A stretch of 64,000 nt of DNA from Methanoculleus sp. UBA303 (GTDB lineage Archaea; Halobacteriota; Methanomicrobia; Methanomicrobiales; Methanoculleaceae), in assembly GCF_002501655.1 (NCBI RefSeq), contig NZ_DANY01000024.1; one strand, 5' to 3'. The translations under genes and the position numbers were made by a program. Shown piece after piece: positions 10,301-18,636 of the stretch (position 1 is the stretch's first letter; each line of letters begins with the position of its first letter). The notes under the pieces were generated by a model. The model was not told the DNA's origin, made no database searches, and saw only the letters and a list, made by a program, of their open reading frames with translations.

Positions 10301-11734
10301 AGCATCGCCGATTTGATACTGTATCTTCCCGCGGCTCTCCCGGTGCTCCCCGATCTCCGATCGAAGCCGACCAACTTCGCCCTCTTCCTCCTGCCTGCGT
10401 CCCTCTGTCCGGGCAACTTCGGAGGTAAAATAAGAGAAAAGCGTCTTCCCGAGAGGGTTGAGTTTGTTGAAGATCTCCTCGTAGGCGAGCTTTGTATTCT
10501 CCATCCTCGCCTCCATCTCCCGGATATCAGCCTCAAGGCCCTTGATCCTAAGGAACTTGTTCACCGCACGGCTAAAGGCAAGTGTGTGCTTCCGGTTGAG
10601 GCTCTCCCTTTCGAGGCCGTCTCTCTCCGTCTTCGCCTCTTCCCACCTGTTCCGGCTGAGGTTTACCCGCACATTGAACTTCTTCAGCCGCATCCTCTCG
10701 CGATCGCAGCACAGGGCTGTGTGGCGTGCCTCTTCAGTCCTGATTGCCTCAAAGACTTCACCGATCTCCTCACCCTTTCGAAATACCGCTGCTTCGTATC
10801 CCTTATACTGCGACGCAGCCCGGTCTCGTGCCTCTTCATACACCTGGTACGCTCTGACCAGGCGATCGTTTGCACCGCTCAATGCACCGATCTCCGATAG
10901 CAATTTTTCATAGTCCCGGAGGTGGTTTTGTTCCTCCTGTAATTGCTTGAGTGCTTCCTGAGACTGATACAGCGCATCGGCGAGTGATTCGATGCTGGAC
11001 GCCTCCGTCTCTCCGCCATAATTGAGCCGTTGCCTATCCCGCAGGCAGACATCGATAGTATCGATCAACAGGCCTTCGATGAGTGCTCTTGAGGATTTGT
11101 AACTCCCGAAGTAGGTCTTGAGGTGGTTTTCACGCTTGTTGATATCCTTGATCAAGCCCCACTCGGACTCCAGAAGGTAATAGGCCTTAAGCCACTCCAG
11201 GTACTCCCATTTCTTCTCCGTGATCCGGATCGCGTACTCCGATGCTTTTTCCCGGAGCATGGCGTGCGTCTTGGCATAGTCCTGGACATCGAATTCGTCG
11301 CTCTCCCACGAACACAGGGGCATGCGGTGGATATCGTAATCGTTCCCCTTGCTATAAAGGTGGATGTAATTGAAATACTTGATATCGCTGCGCGGGGCAT
11401 CTTCATCCGTGCTTGACCGCTTCTTCGCGCAGAAACCGGTCAGCAGGTATTTTTCACCCGCAACGCTATCATCCAGCTCCCACTCTGCAAGAACATGCGT
11501 CGTCCGGTTCTCGTCGCCTCCCGAAAACATATCTCGAAACGGCCTCTTCTGTTCGAGGGCGGTGTTCGGGAGGACACACTGTAAAAGCAGCATCAGAAGA
11601 ACAGACTTACCCCCGCCGTTCACCAGTTCATACGTCGCGTTGAAACCGTTAAACGGCATCCGGAAGTCCTCGTATATGCCTTTCCCCTCGTTAAACTGGG
11701 CGTTAACAACCCTGACGTGCCGCAGTTTAGGCAT
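7337..11734 (-). CDS. jetC: Wadjet SMC ATPase JetC (type III-like), 1465 aa
   Basis: Real start MPKLRHVRVVN at 11734 overlaps the jetB stop. Walker A NGGGKS, long coiled coils, signature ASEGQ, Walker B/D-loop LIVDNPFG. Confidence 0.92.
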   Translation of the reverse strand: MPKLRHVRVVNAQFNEGKGIYEDFRMPFNGFNATYELVNGGGKSVLLMLLLQCVLPNTALEQKRPFRDMFSGGDENRTTHVLAEWELDDSVAGEKYLLTGFCAKKRSSTDEDAPRSDIKYFNYIHLYSKGNDYDIHRMPLCSWESDEFDVQDYAKTHAMLREKASEYAIRITEKKWEYLEWLKAYYLLESEWGLIKDINKRENHLKTYFGSYKSSRALIEGLLIDTIDVCLRDRQRLNYGGETEASSIESLADALYQSQEALKQLQEEQNHLRDYEKLLSEIGALSGANDRLVRAYQVYEEARDRAASQYKGYEAAVFRKGEEIGEVFEAIRTEEARHTALCCDRERMRLKKFNVRVNLSRNRWEEAKTERDGLERESLNRKHTLAFSRAVNKFLRIKGLEADIREMEARMENTKLAYEEIFNKLNPLGKTLFSYFTSEVARTEGRRQEEEGEVGRLRSEIGEHRESRGKIQYQIGDAQKRAAECRKTVSDLGRREKELSDRDKSFPQVSGSLLLEDHLDATAAHIDEVEQACTLLFAAIDALKDALSVKMKDEDVLKVKIQGEEQMIDRIRHEIALFEEEKRSVLEVVRACGKDGVHSCRDYLQAETNLGRDALTVLKLKLKALHQELETVQKYGFPLSDGFVRALDALKGRYPSVMSGAEYLKGLPEVKAADVLEVAPWLPKAVLLLDQHFKEVVRNPYALPVEVQDSPVILVSFNSLRESRVLSLGDVFIPHRNADHAIDVLTRNRVIERLKTESATVDAEITQREESVTAIAEDLGLVQQFIHRYPDPNEFAKGEELADHARLREEYLQQLKAVAAAIREDKTTLAEKQDDLTEKQRQREVFAKKLDLLKEWLDVTKQKETVGKDLTSELQRERELVDALRKMDAVLSGLNLKESAKSESVMQLSKHLVGLKRELEEYETYAEVRVEPLSGRDIEWVRSEYRAAKGALDETAGGLEELEDGIRRNRVDVAGYKEDIRLMGISLEEIGSADPKQPYSDGYIEQLESGIHDLQEELKGAEGRFTKVYEECYRLHLEFTKMIDDYHLHAPNAYVPDPLLVDASQIEEELAAKEREVATVGYGIEKLKVAGREKEQELVELQDNLTEYRVLDGAHGFANRDVLPAGDLRGHRALREELGSGEKSVRNGKVQVTSAKEACVHNITGIAVAPAFKDTLKLKFRTAETLGEAESAHSDLEKYSASIRSKVEMIGKQIEVFKGIEEKVVKQALGVAMLYQQYLKDFPGMSKIDLDGKDYDMVRINFAQCTYPEAEAEVEMRRYIQDLSRSIESGKIGQDDLVDHLRPKQLVSRVMDMGRVRVKIRKIDRGSRDFQAWDMIKASEGQENAIYIIFFVILMSFIRHIVVSGIYEKTAKVLIVDNPFGSTGAYYLWEPIWSILERNNVQLICSGHKIRSEIREFFPINHLLTEEISTDNTIRINIKVEAVGEAKDALERSQRNTLLAWTDVR

Positions 11735-12473
11735 CTTCACAAGCCTCCTGACGCGAAAGCGAATCGATGAAATCGGAGATCTCCGACTGGACGTCGCTCC
11801 GGTTGTAGGCCACCGCGATGATCGCTTTGCAGCGGTCGGTGAGGTAGATCGCGTTGTCGTGCTCCTCAACCAGCCCCTGTTTCCGCATAAACTTGACCGT
11901 TTCGTTGACCAGGGTCATCTTCGAACCTACTCCTCGCTGCTTTATCTCATCGGAATCATCTTTGAACTCGGTCTTAGGAAGGCTGGTCCAGAGATCGTAA
12001 ATGATCTTGAAATTGAAATGATACTGCTCGCTGATGCTCTCGAGGTCCTCGAGGCCTGCCATCGCCTTCACCTTGGTCTCGACGGATTCGAGAAGACGGT
12101 CTTTGGGGAGTTTCAGGCGGAACGTCTCGTATACCGCCTCCCGATGAAACTCCGTCACGAGGACATGCATGATAAAAAACGCAGTGTACATCTCAGGGTT
12201 ATTGAACCCCTTGCCGAGCTCATTCTTGATCTCGGTGTTCGAGAGGCCTAAGACCCGGTTGTTGACACCCGGACTTAGATATAATGCATCTTTATACTCG
12301 CAGACAAGCAACCCCAGCTTTTCAGTAAAGAGGTCAAGCGCATCTCTGACTTCAGCATCCTGATCGTACCGGATGAACTCCTTGGGATGCTCACTCCTCA
12401 CCACCGAACCCGTCTCGAGCATGCAGGAGAGTAGATCCATGGCAATCTCAAGATTCTCACGTTTATATTCCAT
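11727..12473 (-). CDS. jetB: Wadjet JetB (KITE subunit, DUF6063-like)
   Basis: 248-aa winged-helix-type protein between jetA and jetC, overlapping both. Start MEYKREN at 12473. Confidence 0.8.
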   Translation of the reverse strand: MEYKRENLEIAMDLLSCMLETGSVVRSEHPKEFIRYDQDAEVRDALDLFTEKLGLLVCEYKDALYLSPGVNNRVLGLSNTEIKNELGKGFNNPEMYTAFFIMHVLVTEFHREAVYETFRLKLPKDRLLESVETKVKAMAGLEDLESISEQYHFNFKIIYDLWTSLPKTEFKDDSDEIKQRGVGSKMTLVNETVKFMRKQGLVEEHDNAIYLTDRCKAIIAVAYNRSDVQSEISDFIDSLSRQEACEDA

Positions 12474-14040
12474 ATTTTCCCTCACCCAAAAACCTGATCT
12501 GCGAGATATACGCGTTGCCGGTCATCCCGATGGGGATCCGATCGGTCGGCTCGGCACGCACCCGGATGACCCGGTACGGAAAGTGCACCGCATCAGATGC
12601 AGCAATAAGAGCCTCCTCAACTGGTTCGCGCCTGACCGGCGACTCACGGTGGTCCGAGAGGTCAAAGACTGTCTCATACGGGTCCCGGATCTCAGCAGCC
12701 TCCGGCTTGCCCGCATGCAAGATCACCTCAGCTCCGCTATTCAGTTCGATGAGAAACGGAATGAGATCGACATTTTCTAGCCCTTCCTCCCCCAGTCTGC
12801 GGCCTATCTCCTCAAGGTACGCAGTAAGGTCAAGGTCTCCGCTCTCGGCCAGGGACGTTAAGAGAATATCCGCGTACACCCTGAAGTTGCCTGCCTGACG
12901 CTCTTTAACGACCTCGTCGATCAATTTTCGGTCGGTCCATTCATTTTTCGTGCGAGTTCCGGCGGTATCGTCTTTCTTACCCGTGACTGCCTGAGGCTCG
13001 AAGATCCTGAGCAGGCTGAACGATCTCTTCAGTGTGGGGAGCAGCAATGGGCGCATCTCCACGATATGTGCATCGTTCGGGAGATTGGCACGGACACGGT
13101 TCTCCAGCGCCTCCTGGAACTGGTACCGCTTCTCAAATAATGAATTAACTCTGATGCGACAGATCCGTTCGTACTCCCGGGGAAAGTCGGTATAGTCCTT
13201 CAAAAGGCCGTTGTGGAGGTCATACCCGTGCTCGAGTTCCACCATGATCTGTTTTATCACAATGAAGTCTTCCTCTTTTCCAAGATATTCGGGATTTGCG
13301 GCAATCTTCTCCCGGCTTTTTCTCAGACCGGCGAGGCTGCTCCGCACCTGGGCAAAGAGTTCATGCTCCTGTTTGAGCTGGGAGAGCACCTCATGGGTAT
13401 ACTTCTCAAAGTCCTCGATCACATCGGGACTACCATACAGCAGTCTATCCAGAAGGTCCTCTTTTTTCCGTTTTTTCTGCTGGACTTTCAGGTTGAGGTC
13501 GCGTATCGTTTCCAGGGCGTTTCGAAAAGAACCACTCTCGATCTGTTTCTTAAAGAGGATCAGGCTGACCGATACTCTGGACTCTTCAGGGAGTTCCTTT
13601 ATACTAATCATGAAATCGAGGCCTTCATTGGTAATACGGTAAGCCCGTTCCCTCCTGTCGTACTCGACCAGGTTAATGTAATAGTCTACTTGGTTTTTCC
13701 GCACCGGGTCAGGATACTGAAAATGATAGAGCATCCCCTGATTGTCGGTCTCAAGCAACTCAAGGACCGCCCGGGAAACAGCCCGGCAGTCAAACTCTCT
13801 GCCGGGGTACATTGCACCCATCGTCTTCTCAACGTGCTCTTCAATCTCATCGACCGGTACCGCCCGTCCTAAAAGCCGTCCTTTCTCTATGAGCAGGGTC
13901 AACATGTCCAGCGCCAGATAAGGCACGTTGTAATCCATCTTTTGGATATTCGGAGAGTTAAATATCTTGAAAAACGGATAGAAGCATTTCAAGTTGTCCA
14001 TACGCTTGTTAATCTCTTTGAAACGCTCAATATATTCCAA
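12463..14040 (-). CDS. jetA: Wadjet JetA (kleisin)
   Basis: 525 aa with N-terminal wHTH-like region and central coiled coil; position in the jetD-A-B-C operon; YRITNEGLDF-type segment. Confidence 0.8.
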   Translation of the reverse strand: MEYIERFKEINKRMDNLKCFYPFFKIFNSPNIQKMDYNVPYLALDMLTLLIEKGRLLGRAVPVDEIEEHVEKTMGAMYPGREFDCRAVSRAVLELLETDNQGMLYHFQYPDPVRKNQVDYYINLVEYDRRERAYRITNEGLDFMISIKELPEESRVSVSLILFKKQIESGSFRNALETIRDLNLKVQQKKRKKEDLLDRLLYGSPDVIEDFEKYTHEVLSQLKQEHELFAQVRSSLAGLRKSREKIAANPEYLGKEEDFIVIKQIMVELEHGYDLHNGLLKDYTDFPREYERICRIRVNSLFEKRYQFQEALENRVRANLPNDAHIVEMRPLLLPTLKRSFSLLRIFEPQAVTGKKDDTAGTRTKNEWTDRKLIDEVVKERQAGNFRVYADILLTSLAESGDLDLTAYLEEIGRRLGEEGLENVDLIPFLIELNSGAEVILHAGKPEAAEIRDPYETVFDLSDHRESPVRREPVEEALIAASDAVHFPYRVIRVRAEPTDRIPIGMTGNAYISQIRFLGEGKYGI

Positions 14041-15112
14041 AGTGCCCCACGCTCCTTATATCTGTCTTATTCAGGACCTCCTGCGGAAGGTACTTCTGCT
14101 CCTGAATGATTCTCCTAATCGCCGCACCGGCGCTCTGGTCAAAGAAGTCGATGAATGGGGATAAAGAGACTGTCTTAATATTGCGGGAACGCCGCAATGG
14201 CTGCGCCTTCTCAGCCCCGACTTTCGATAAAAGATAGGTGTATAGGGAGACGGTCGGCTTGATATCATATTCCAGATAGCGCTCCCGGAGCCGGTTGTAG
14301 ATATAGATGCCCTCCTGGTCGATATCGCCAAAATAGAAGTACTCATCTTCAGGTGTTCCCCCGATTGTTTGCATGTACTCAAACTTCTTTAGAATGGCAT
14401 TCCCCTCACCATAAACGACGAGATGAACTCCTGCAATTCCGCCCGACATCACTGCATTCTGCAACGTCCAAAAAGTATCCTTATTCTCTACGATGAGCAC
14501 CGACCTTTGAGAAACGCCCTCATGTGCATAGAAGTTTTTCTGTATTGAGACAAAAGGTTCAAAGACACGCTTCGCCTTTATGTCGCGGAGGGTGAGTTTC
14601 AGGTTCCGGAGGATGATATCGCCGTCAACGGACGCCTCCCTGGGCATGGTGATCGCCTTTTCGTCACCGAACAGGAGATACGACCTCTCGTTTGCCGTCA
14701 GCTCTTCGGAGTCGCACTGGCGTATCAGGTCATTGATTCTCAGTATGTACTCGCGGTCCCTGGCATAGTGCTCGCTGTGCGTTGCATAATAGTCGATATC
14801 GATAGGAGGGGAGAGGGACAATAGCTCGTCTAGGTGCTCTCTTGAGAGCGAGGCACCATCTTCTGCGATAGATTCTCTGGCTATGGTGTACCTGTTCGGA
14901 AGCCGCCCGTACTGTTGGAGAGGTATTGCATTCTTCAACGGCTTCAGGACGCCAAGGTCAATATACATCCGGATAACATCTATGAACTGTTTTTGCTGCT
15001 CAGGATCTGCAAAAAGGGATATTCCATCTGCTTTGAGAGCAGCGTCTATATCGCTGATATGAACCCTCTTATTCTTATGCCGGAGAAGAATCGTTCGTAA
15101 TAATTCTTCCAT
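14027..15112 (-). CDS. jetD: Wadjet JetD TOPRIM nuclease (DUF2220-like)
   Basis: TOPRIM motifs VLIVENKDTF and YFGDIDQEG, plus NERSYLLFGDEK; first gene of the overlapping four-gene operon. Confidence 0.9.
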   Translation of the reverse strand: MEELLRTILLRHKNKRVHISDIDAALKADGISLFADPEQQKQFIDVIRMYIDLGVLKPLKNAIPLQQYGRLPNRYTIARESIAEDGASLSREHLDELLSLSPPIDIDYYATHSEHYARDREYILRINDLIRQCDSEELTANERSYLLFGDEKAITMPREASVDGDIILRNLKLTLRDIKAKRVFEPFVSIQKNFYAHEGVSQRSVLIVENKDTFWTLQNAVMSGGIAGVHLVVYGEGNAILKKFEYMQTIGGTPEDEYFYFGDIDQEGIYIYNRLRERYLEYDIKPTVSLYTYLLSKVGAEKAQPLRRSRNIKTVSLSPFIDFFDQSAGAAIRRIIQEQKYLPQEVLNKTDIRSVGHFGIY

Positions 15113-15210
15113 GTCCTCAACGAGTCATATTCGTGTAGGTTTACATAACCCATTCGATTTGGCCACCGGAAAGTTAGAACATCATTATGGAGATTGCAAT
15201 CATTCTTTCC

Positions 15211-15588
15211 TTAATACCCCCGCCTCTCCGGAATCACCCCTCGCACCCCGCCCCGCGGATCCTCCATATCCCCGGCATACCGTGGGATGACGTGCACGTG
15301 CAGGTGCATCACCGTCTGCCCGGCAGCCTCGCCGACGTTCACGCCGATGTTGTAGCCGTCGGGACGGAACCGCTCGTCGAGGAGCCGTTTCGCCTCCCGC
15401 ACGAGCGCCAGCAGTGCGACCTGCTCTTCGTCCGTCGCCTCGAAGAAGCCGGCGACGTGCCGGAACGGGATGACCAGCAGGTGGCCGGGGCTCACCGGAT
15501 ACTTGTCATAGCGGGCGTAGCAGAGATCGCTCGCGAGCGCGATCTCCTCGGGGCGAGGATTGCAGAACGGACAGGTCAGATCGCCCAT
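15211..15588 (-). CDS. HIT family nucleotide hydrolase
   Basis: Start MGDLTCPFC at 15588; YPVSPGHLLVIPFRH; histidine triad HLHVHVIP; 125 aa. Confidence 0.93.
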   Translation of the reverse strand: MGDLTCPFCNPRPEEIALASDLCYARYDKYPVSPGHLLVIPFRHVAGFFEATDEEQVALLALVREAKRLLDERFRPDGYNIGVNVGEAAGQTVMHLHVHVIPRYAGDMEDPRGGVRGVIPERRGY

Positions 15589-16726
15589 GCCGCGTACCCC
15601 CGGACATCGGTTAAGTAGGTGCAGGTCTCGACGAGGCGCTCGAACGCCGCATCCTGCCAGCCGCTTTGCAGCCCCTGCGTGCCGAGAAGCGAGACCCCGA
15701 TCTCCCGCTCGAACGGGCGTGGTGCGTGGTCGTGGAGCAGGTCCCAGTAGTCGGTAATACATTCCCGCCGGGACTCCAGGAGTAAACGGCCGGGAATCCG
15801 GTCACGCTTGTCGGCGTTGACCGGCCCGAGGGCAGGGAGGAGGTTCCAGAGGTCGTTGTTCTTCCAGACCGAGAAGGGGAGGACGTGGTCGATATGCATC
15901 GCGTCCGGCGACTGTATTGATCTCCCCGACCAGACACAGGTCAGCCGCCCCTCCTCCGCGAAGACCGAGCGGTAGATGCCGCGTGCATCCGCGATCGCCC
16001 GCTCCGTCGTCGGCGTCCTCGCGAGCAGGGAGAGCATGCACTCCTCGGTGACGGTCCCGGTCTTGTCCGCCGCCGCGGTGAACGCCGCCCACTTCTTCAG
16101 CAGGCACTCTTCGCCGGAGATGAAACTTCCGAAGTACTCGAAGATCGTGCAGAGGTCGCGGGAGAGGGAGAACCGGCCGGCGTTCTCGATCAGGTAGAGC
16201 CGGTCGACCGGGCGGCCCTTCGGCAGCCGGTACAGCGGCCGGGGGCAGTCGAAGACCGAGTAGTGCTCCTTCGACTGCGAATACCCGAGGTGCTTCATCG
16301 GCATTGCGGTGATGGTGCTCCGGATCTCCTTCACCAGCGTCCGCAGCGCCGGCTGGATCTCCTCCGGGATCGAGCCGCGGGTATAGTCATTGTAGAAGAC
16401 CGATACCCCGCCCCGGTCGCGGTAGTAATCGATGACCGGCATGAAGGACTTCCGGAACGAGACAACCTTCCCGGCGTTCTGGTCAGGCGTCTCCCCGTTC
16501 TTCTGCGGGATGAACGTCGCTGCCGCGAAGATCGGGTAGTAGTAGAGCAGCCACTTCTCGACGAGCAGCCCGAGGGGAACGAGACCGCATCGCCGTCATC
16601 CTCCCAGAGATGCGGGTACTGCTGGCAGACCTCGATGACGCCCCGGAGGAGGGCGTACTTGTAGGTCGCGTCGGCACTATCCCGCTCGATGATGGTATTG
16701 ATCTTTCGGTATTCGGCGAGATCCAT
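15576..16726 (-). pseudogene. HNH endonuclease split by a 1-bp deletion (or sequencing error)
   Basis: The N-terminal ORF (MDLAEYRKINTIIERDSADATYKYALLRG...VSFP) and the C-terminal ORF (...CVWSG...HIDHVLPFSVWKNNDLWNLLP...VNADKRD) join into one 383-aa protein (FPLGLLVEKWLLYYYP) if one base is added to the G4 run at 16574-16577. Confidence 0.85.
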
Positions 16727-17044
16727 GCTGCTCCAGGAAGAGATCGGGGAATGGGAAGATATGGGTGCCGGCTTTCGTTCAGCAGCGCCACCAGGATAGG
16801 GTTATCCCGCCGGAATCGTTCCGTATAGAACGATCTCTGCTCCCCGGTTTCACCAGCACAAGCAGTCTCACGCTCAAGGAGTCACCGGCTATCTTCCATC
16901 CATACTGCCGCTCCCGCCCGAATGGAGAAGGGCAGCCATATCAGGTACCGGGCGGGAGGGTAATTTTCGCTACCGATAGTAGGCCGTATAGCAGTCGTTA
17001 CAGATCGGCTTGATCTTCGTTGTGCCGCGTTTGGTTCCACACTT

Positions 17045-17509
17045 CTATCCTTTCAGCATGCCTTCCCGATAGGGTTCATACCAGTCGAATACAGTATTCT
17101 TTGTTGATTCGTACCCGCCGTCCAGGTACATCGCCCCGATGATCGCCTCGAGTGTCTCGGCGATGACCGTAGGCTCTTCGTTCTGCTTCTGAGCTTTGGC
17201 ACCCAGTCCAACACAGATCTCGTTCTGCAGATCAAAACGTCTTCCCAATTCGGCAAGAAACGGTCGGCTTTCAATAGTGCTTTTCTCAATTGTGATATCG
17301 CCTTTGGTTTGGTACCCCGATCGCATAAGGAGATCGCACAGTATTGCTTTCAGCACCGCGTCACCCAGTGTCCGGAGAGCATCCTGATCTTTGCATGCTT
17401 TCTGTTGCTGCCTCTCTTCATTTGCTCGTGAAGGATGGAGTAAGGCACGACGCAACAGATCTTCGTCTCTGAAAGAGTAATTGATCTTTTTTTCGAGATC
17501 GGATTCCAT
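17045..17509 (-). CDS. Ribonuclease III catalytic-domain protein without dsRBD
   Basis: INYSFRDEDLLRRALLHPS, QDALRTLGDAVL (cf. NERLEFLGDAVL), IAETLEAIIGAMYLDGG; 154 aa. Confidence 0.88.
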   Translation of the reverse strand: MESDLEKKINYSFRDEDLLRRALLHPSRANEERQQQKACKDQDALRTLGDAVLKAILCDLLMRSGYQTKGDITIEKSTIESRPFLAELGRRFDLQNEICVGLGAKAQKQNEEPTVIAETLEAIIGAMYLDGGYESTKNTVFDWYEPYREGMLKG

Positions 17510-17608
17510 ATAGACCCAATATTGGGTAATAATACAATAAATATATCTATTTCCGAAACATAGCCCAGATATCCCTCGGTTCTCCGTTCATCACAAGCAT
17601 TGCAGCAT

Positions 17609-18355
17609 TCAGTACGTACCAGCCACACGTTTCTTCTCGTAGCCTTCAACCTGCTGCGACGCGTAGCTGAAAAGCGCCGTCTCCACATCCGCCGGCAGCC
17701 ACATACCCTCCTCCCGAAGCCCGGACTCCGTATAGCATGGCGGATGCGGACAGGCAATCCCATCCCGGTTCAGCGTCTGAGCGATATGGTTGAGAATCGC
17801 AACCCAGGTGCCGTACTCTCTCGGCCAGCCCTCCTGGGAAGAAGGGATCGTCCAGCGGTTTCCGGATTGGCTAACAGAGAGGTCAAGGAGTTGGTAGCGG
17901 TGAAGAGTTCGATCGTCCCCTCTCCCAAACGTCCGGACGAGCCGCGTATCGAGGGCTCCGAAGACCTGCGGTACCGCAAAGTGGAGGATTTTACTACAGT
18001 ACGTCGGTCCGAAACCGCGAATCTGGGACTCGAGGATACAGACCGCGTTCTCCGGCTCTCTCGATAGCCAGCACGCCGGCGTATCGTCGACGTAGAGCGT
18101 TACCTTAAGAGAACTCCGGCAGGAGATCCCTTTTTTATTCGGAAGTTTTCCCCACTCAGCCACCTGCAGCAGGTGATCCCGGTTGATTGCATACCGCTTT
18201 GCCGCAGCCGAGATCTCCCGCTCTAGGCGGAAGAGATCAGGGAACCCTTTCTTCCAGGTATCCCCTTCCCAGATGTATGACCGGTAGAGGTTGGGCATAT
18301 CCTGTTCCTGAAGGAATGTGCTGATCACACTGTACTGAGATGACGAGAGGGGCAT
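17609..18355 (-). CDS. HhH / OGG-fold DNA glycosylase-like protein, paralogue A
   Basis: HhH-like IRGFGPTYCSK followed by FGALDTR (candidate catalytic Asp) and C-terminal ADVETALF. Start set at MPLSSS (18355) by alignment with paralogue B. Confidence 0.6.
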   Translation of the reverse strand: MPLSSSQYSVISTFLQEQDMPNLYRSYIWEGDTWKKGFPDLFRLEREISAAAKRYAINRDHLLQVAEWGKLPNKKGISCRSSLKVTLYVDDTPACWLSREPENAVCILESQIRGFGPTYCSKILHFAVPQVFGALDTRLVRTFGRGDDRTLHRYQLLDLSVSQSGNRWTIPSSQEGWPREYGTWVAILNHIAQTLNRDGIACPHPPCYTESGLREEGMWLPADVETALFSYASQQVEGYEKKRVAGTY

Positions 18356-18636
18356 GTGAATGGTCTCAAGGTGAGTTTGGGCGCTGGAACAATAATAAGG
18401 GATGATATTCGGGTTCCGGTTCGCCACCAGACCATTCCGAGAGCACGCTTTGGTAAACCTGGTTTTTCAGGAGATCTCCAGGTGGCGGTGAGTGAATGAA
18501 ACATGGCAGATTAATATAGTCGCAGCATCCTGATAGACAGTTAAGAGTTGCCGTAACGTGAAACCGGGGGCGAGACGCTCTCCATCGACCCTCCAAAACC
18601 CCACACACGAACAACGGCATTCAAGGAAAACCTTCC

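Noticed and set aside
11735-11869. N-terminal 45-aa extension of JetC in the ORF track
   Set aside because: It lies inside jetB. MPKLRHVRVVN at 11734 matches the SMC-like start and gives a typical coupled overlap.
16727-17044. Possible methyltransferase or zinc-finger remnant upstream of the HNH gene (e.g. KCGTKRG...CNDC)
   Set aside because: Only short fragments interrupted by stops in all frames; no convincing motif.
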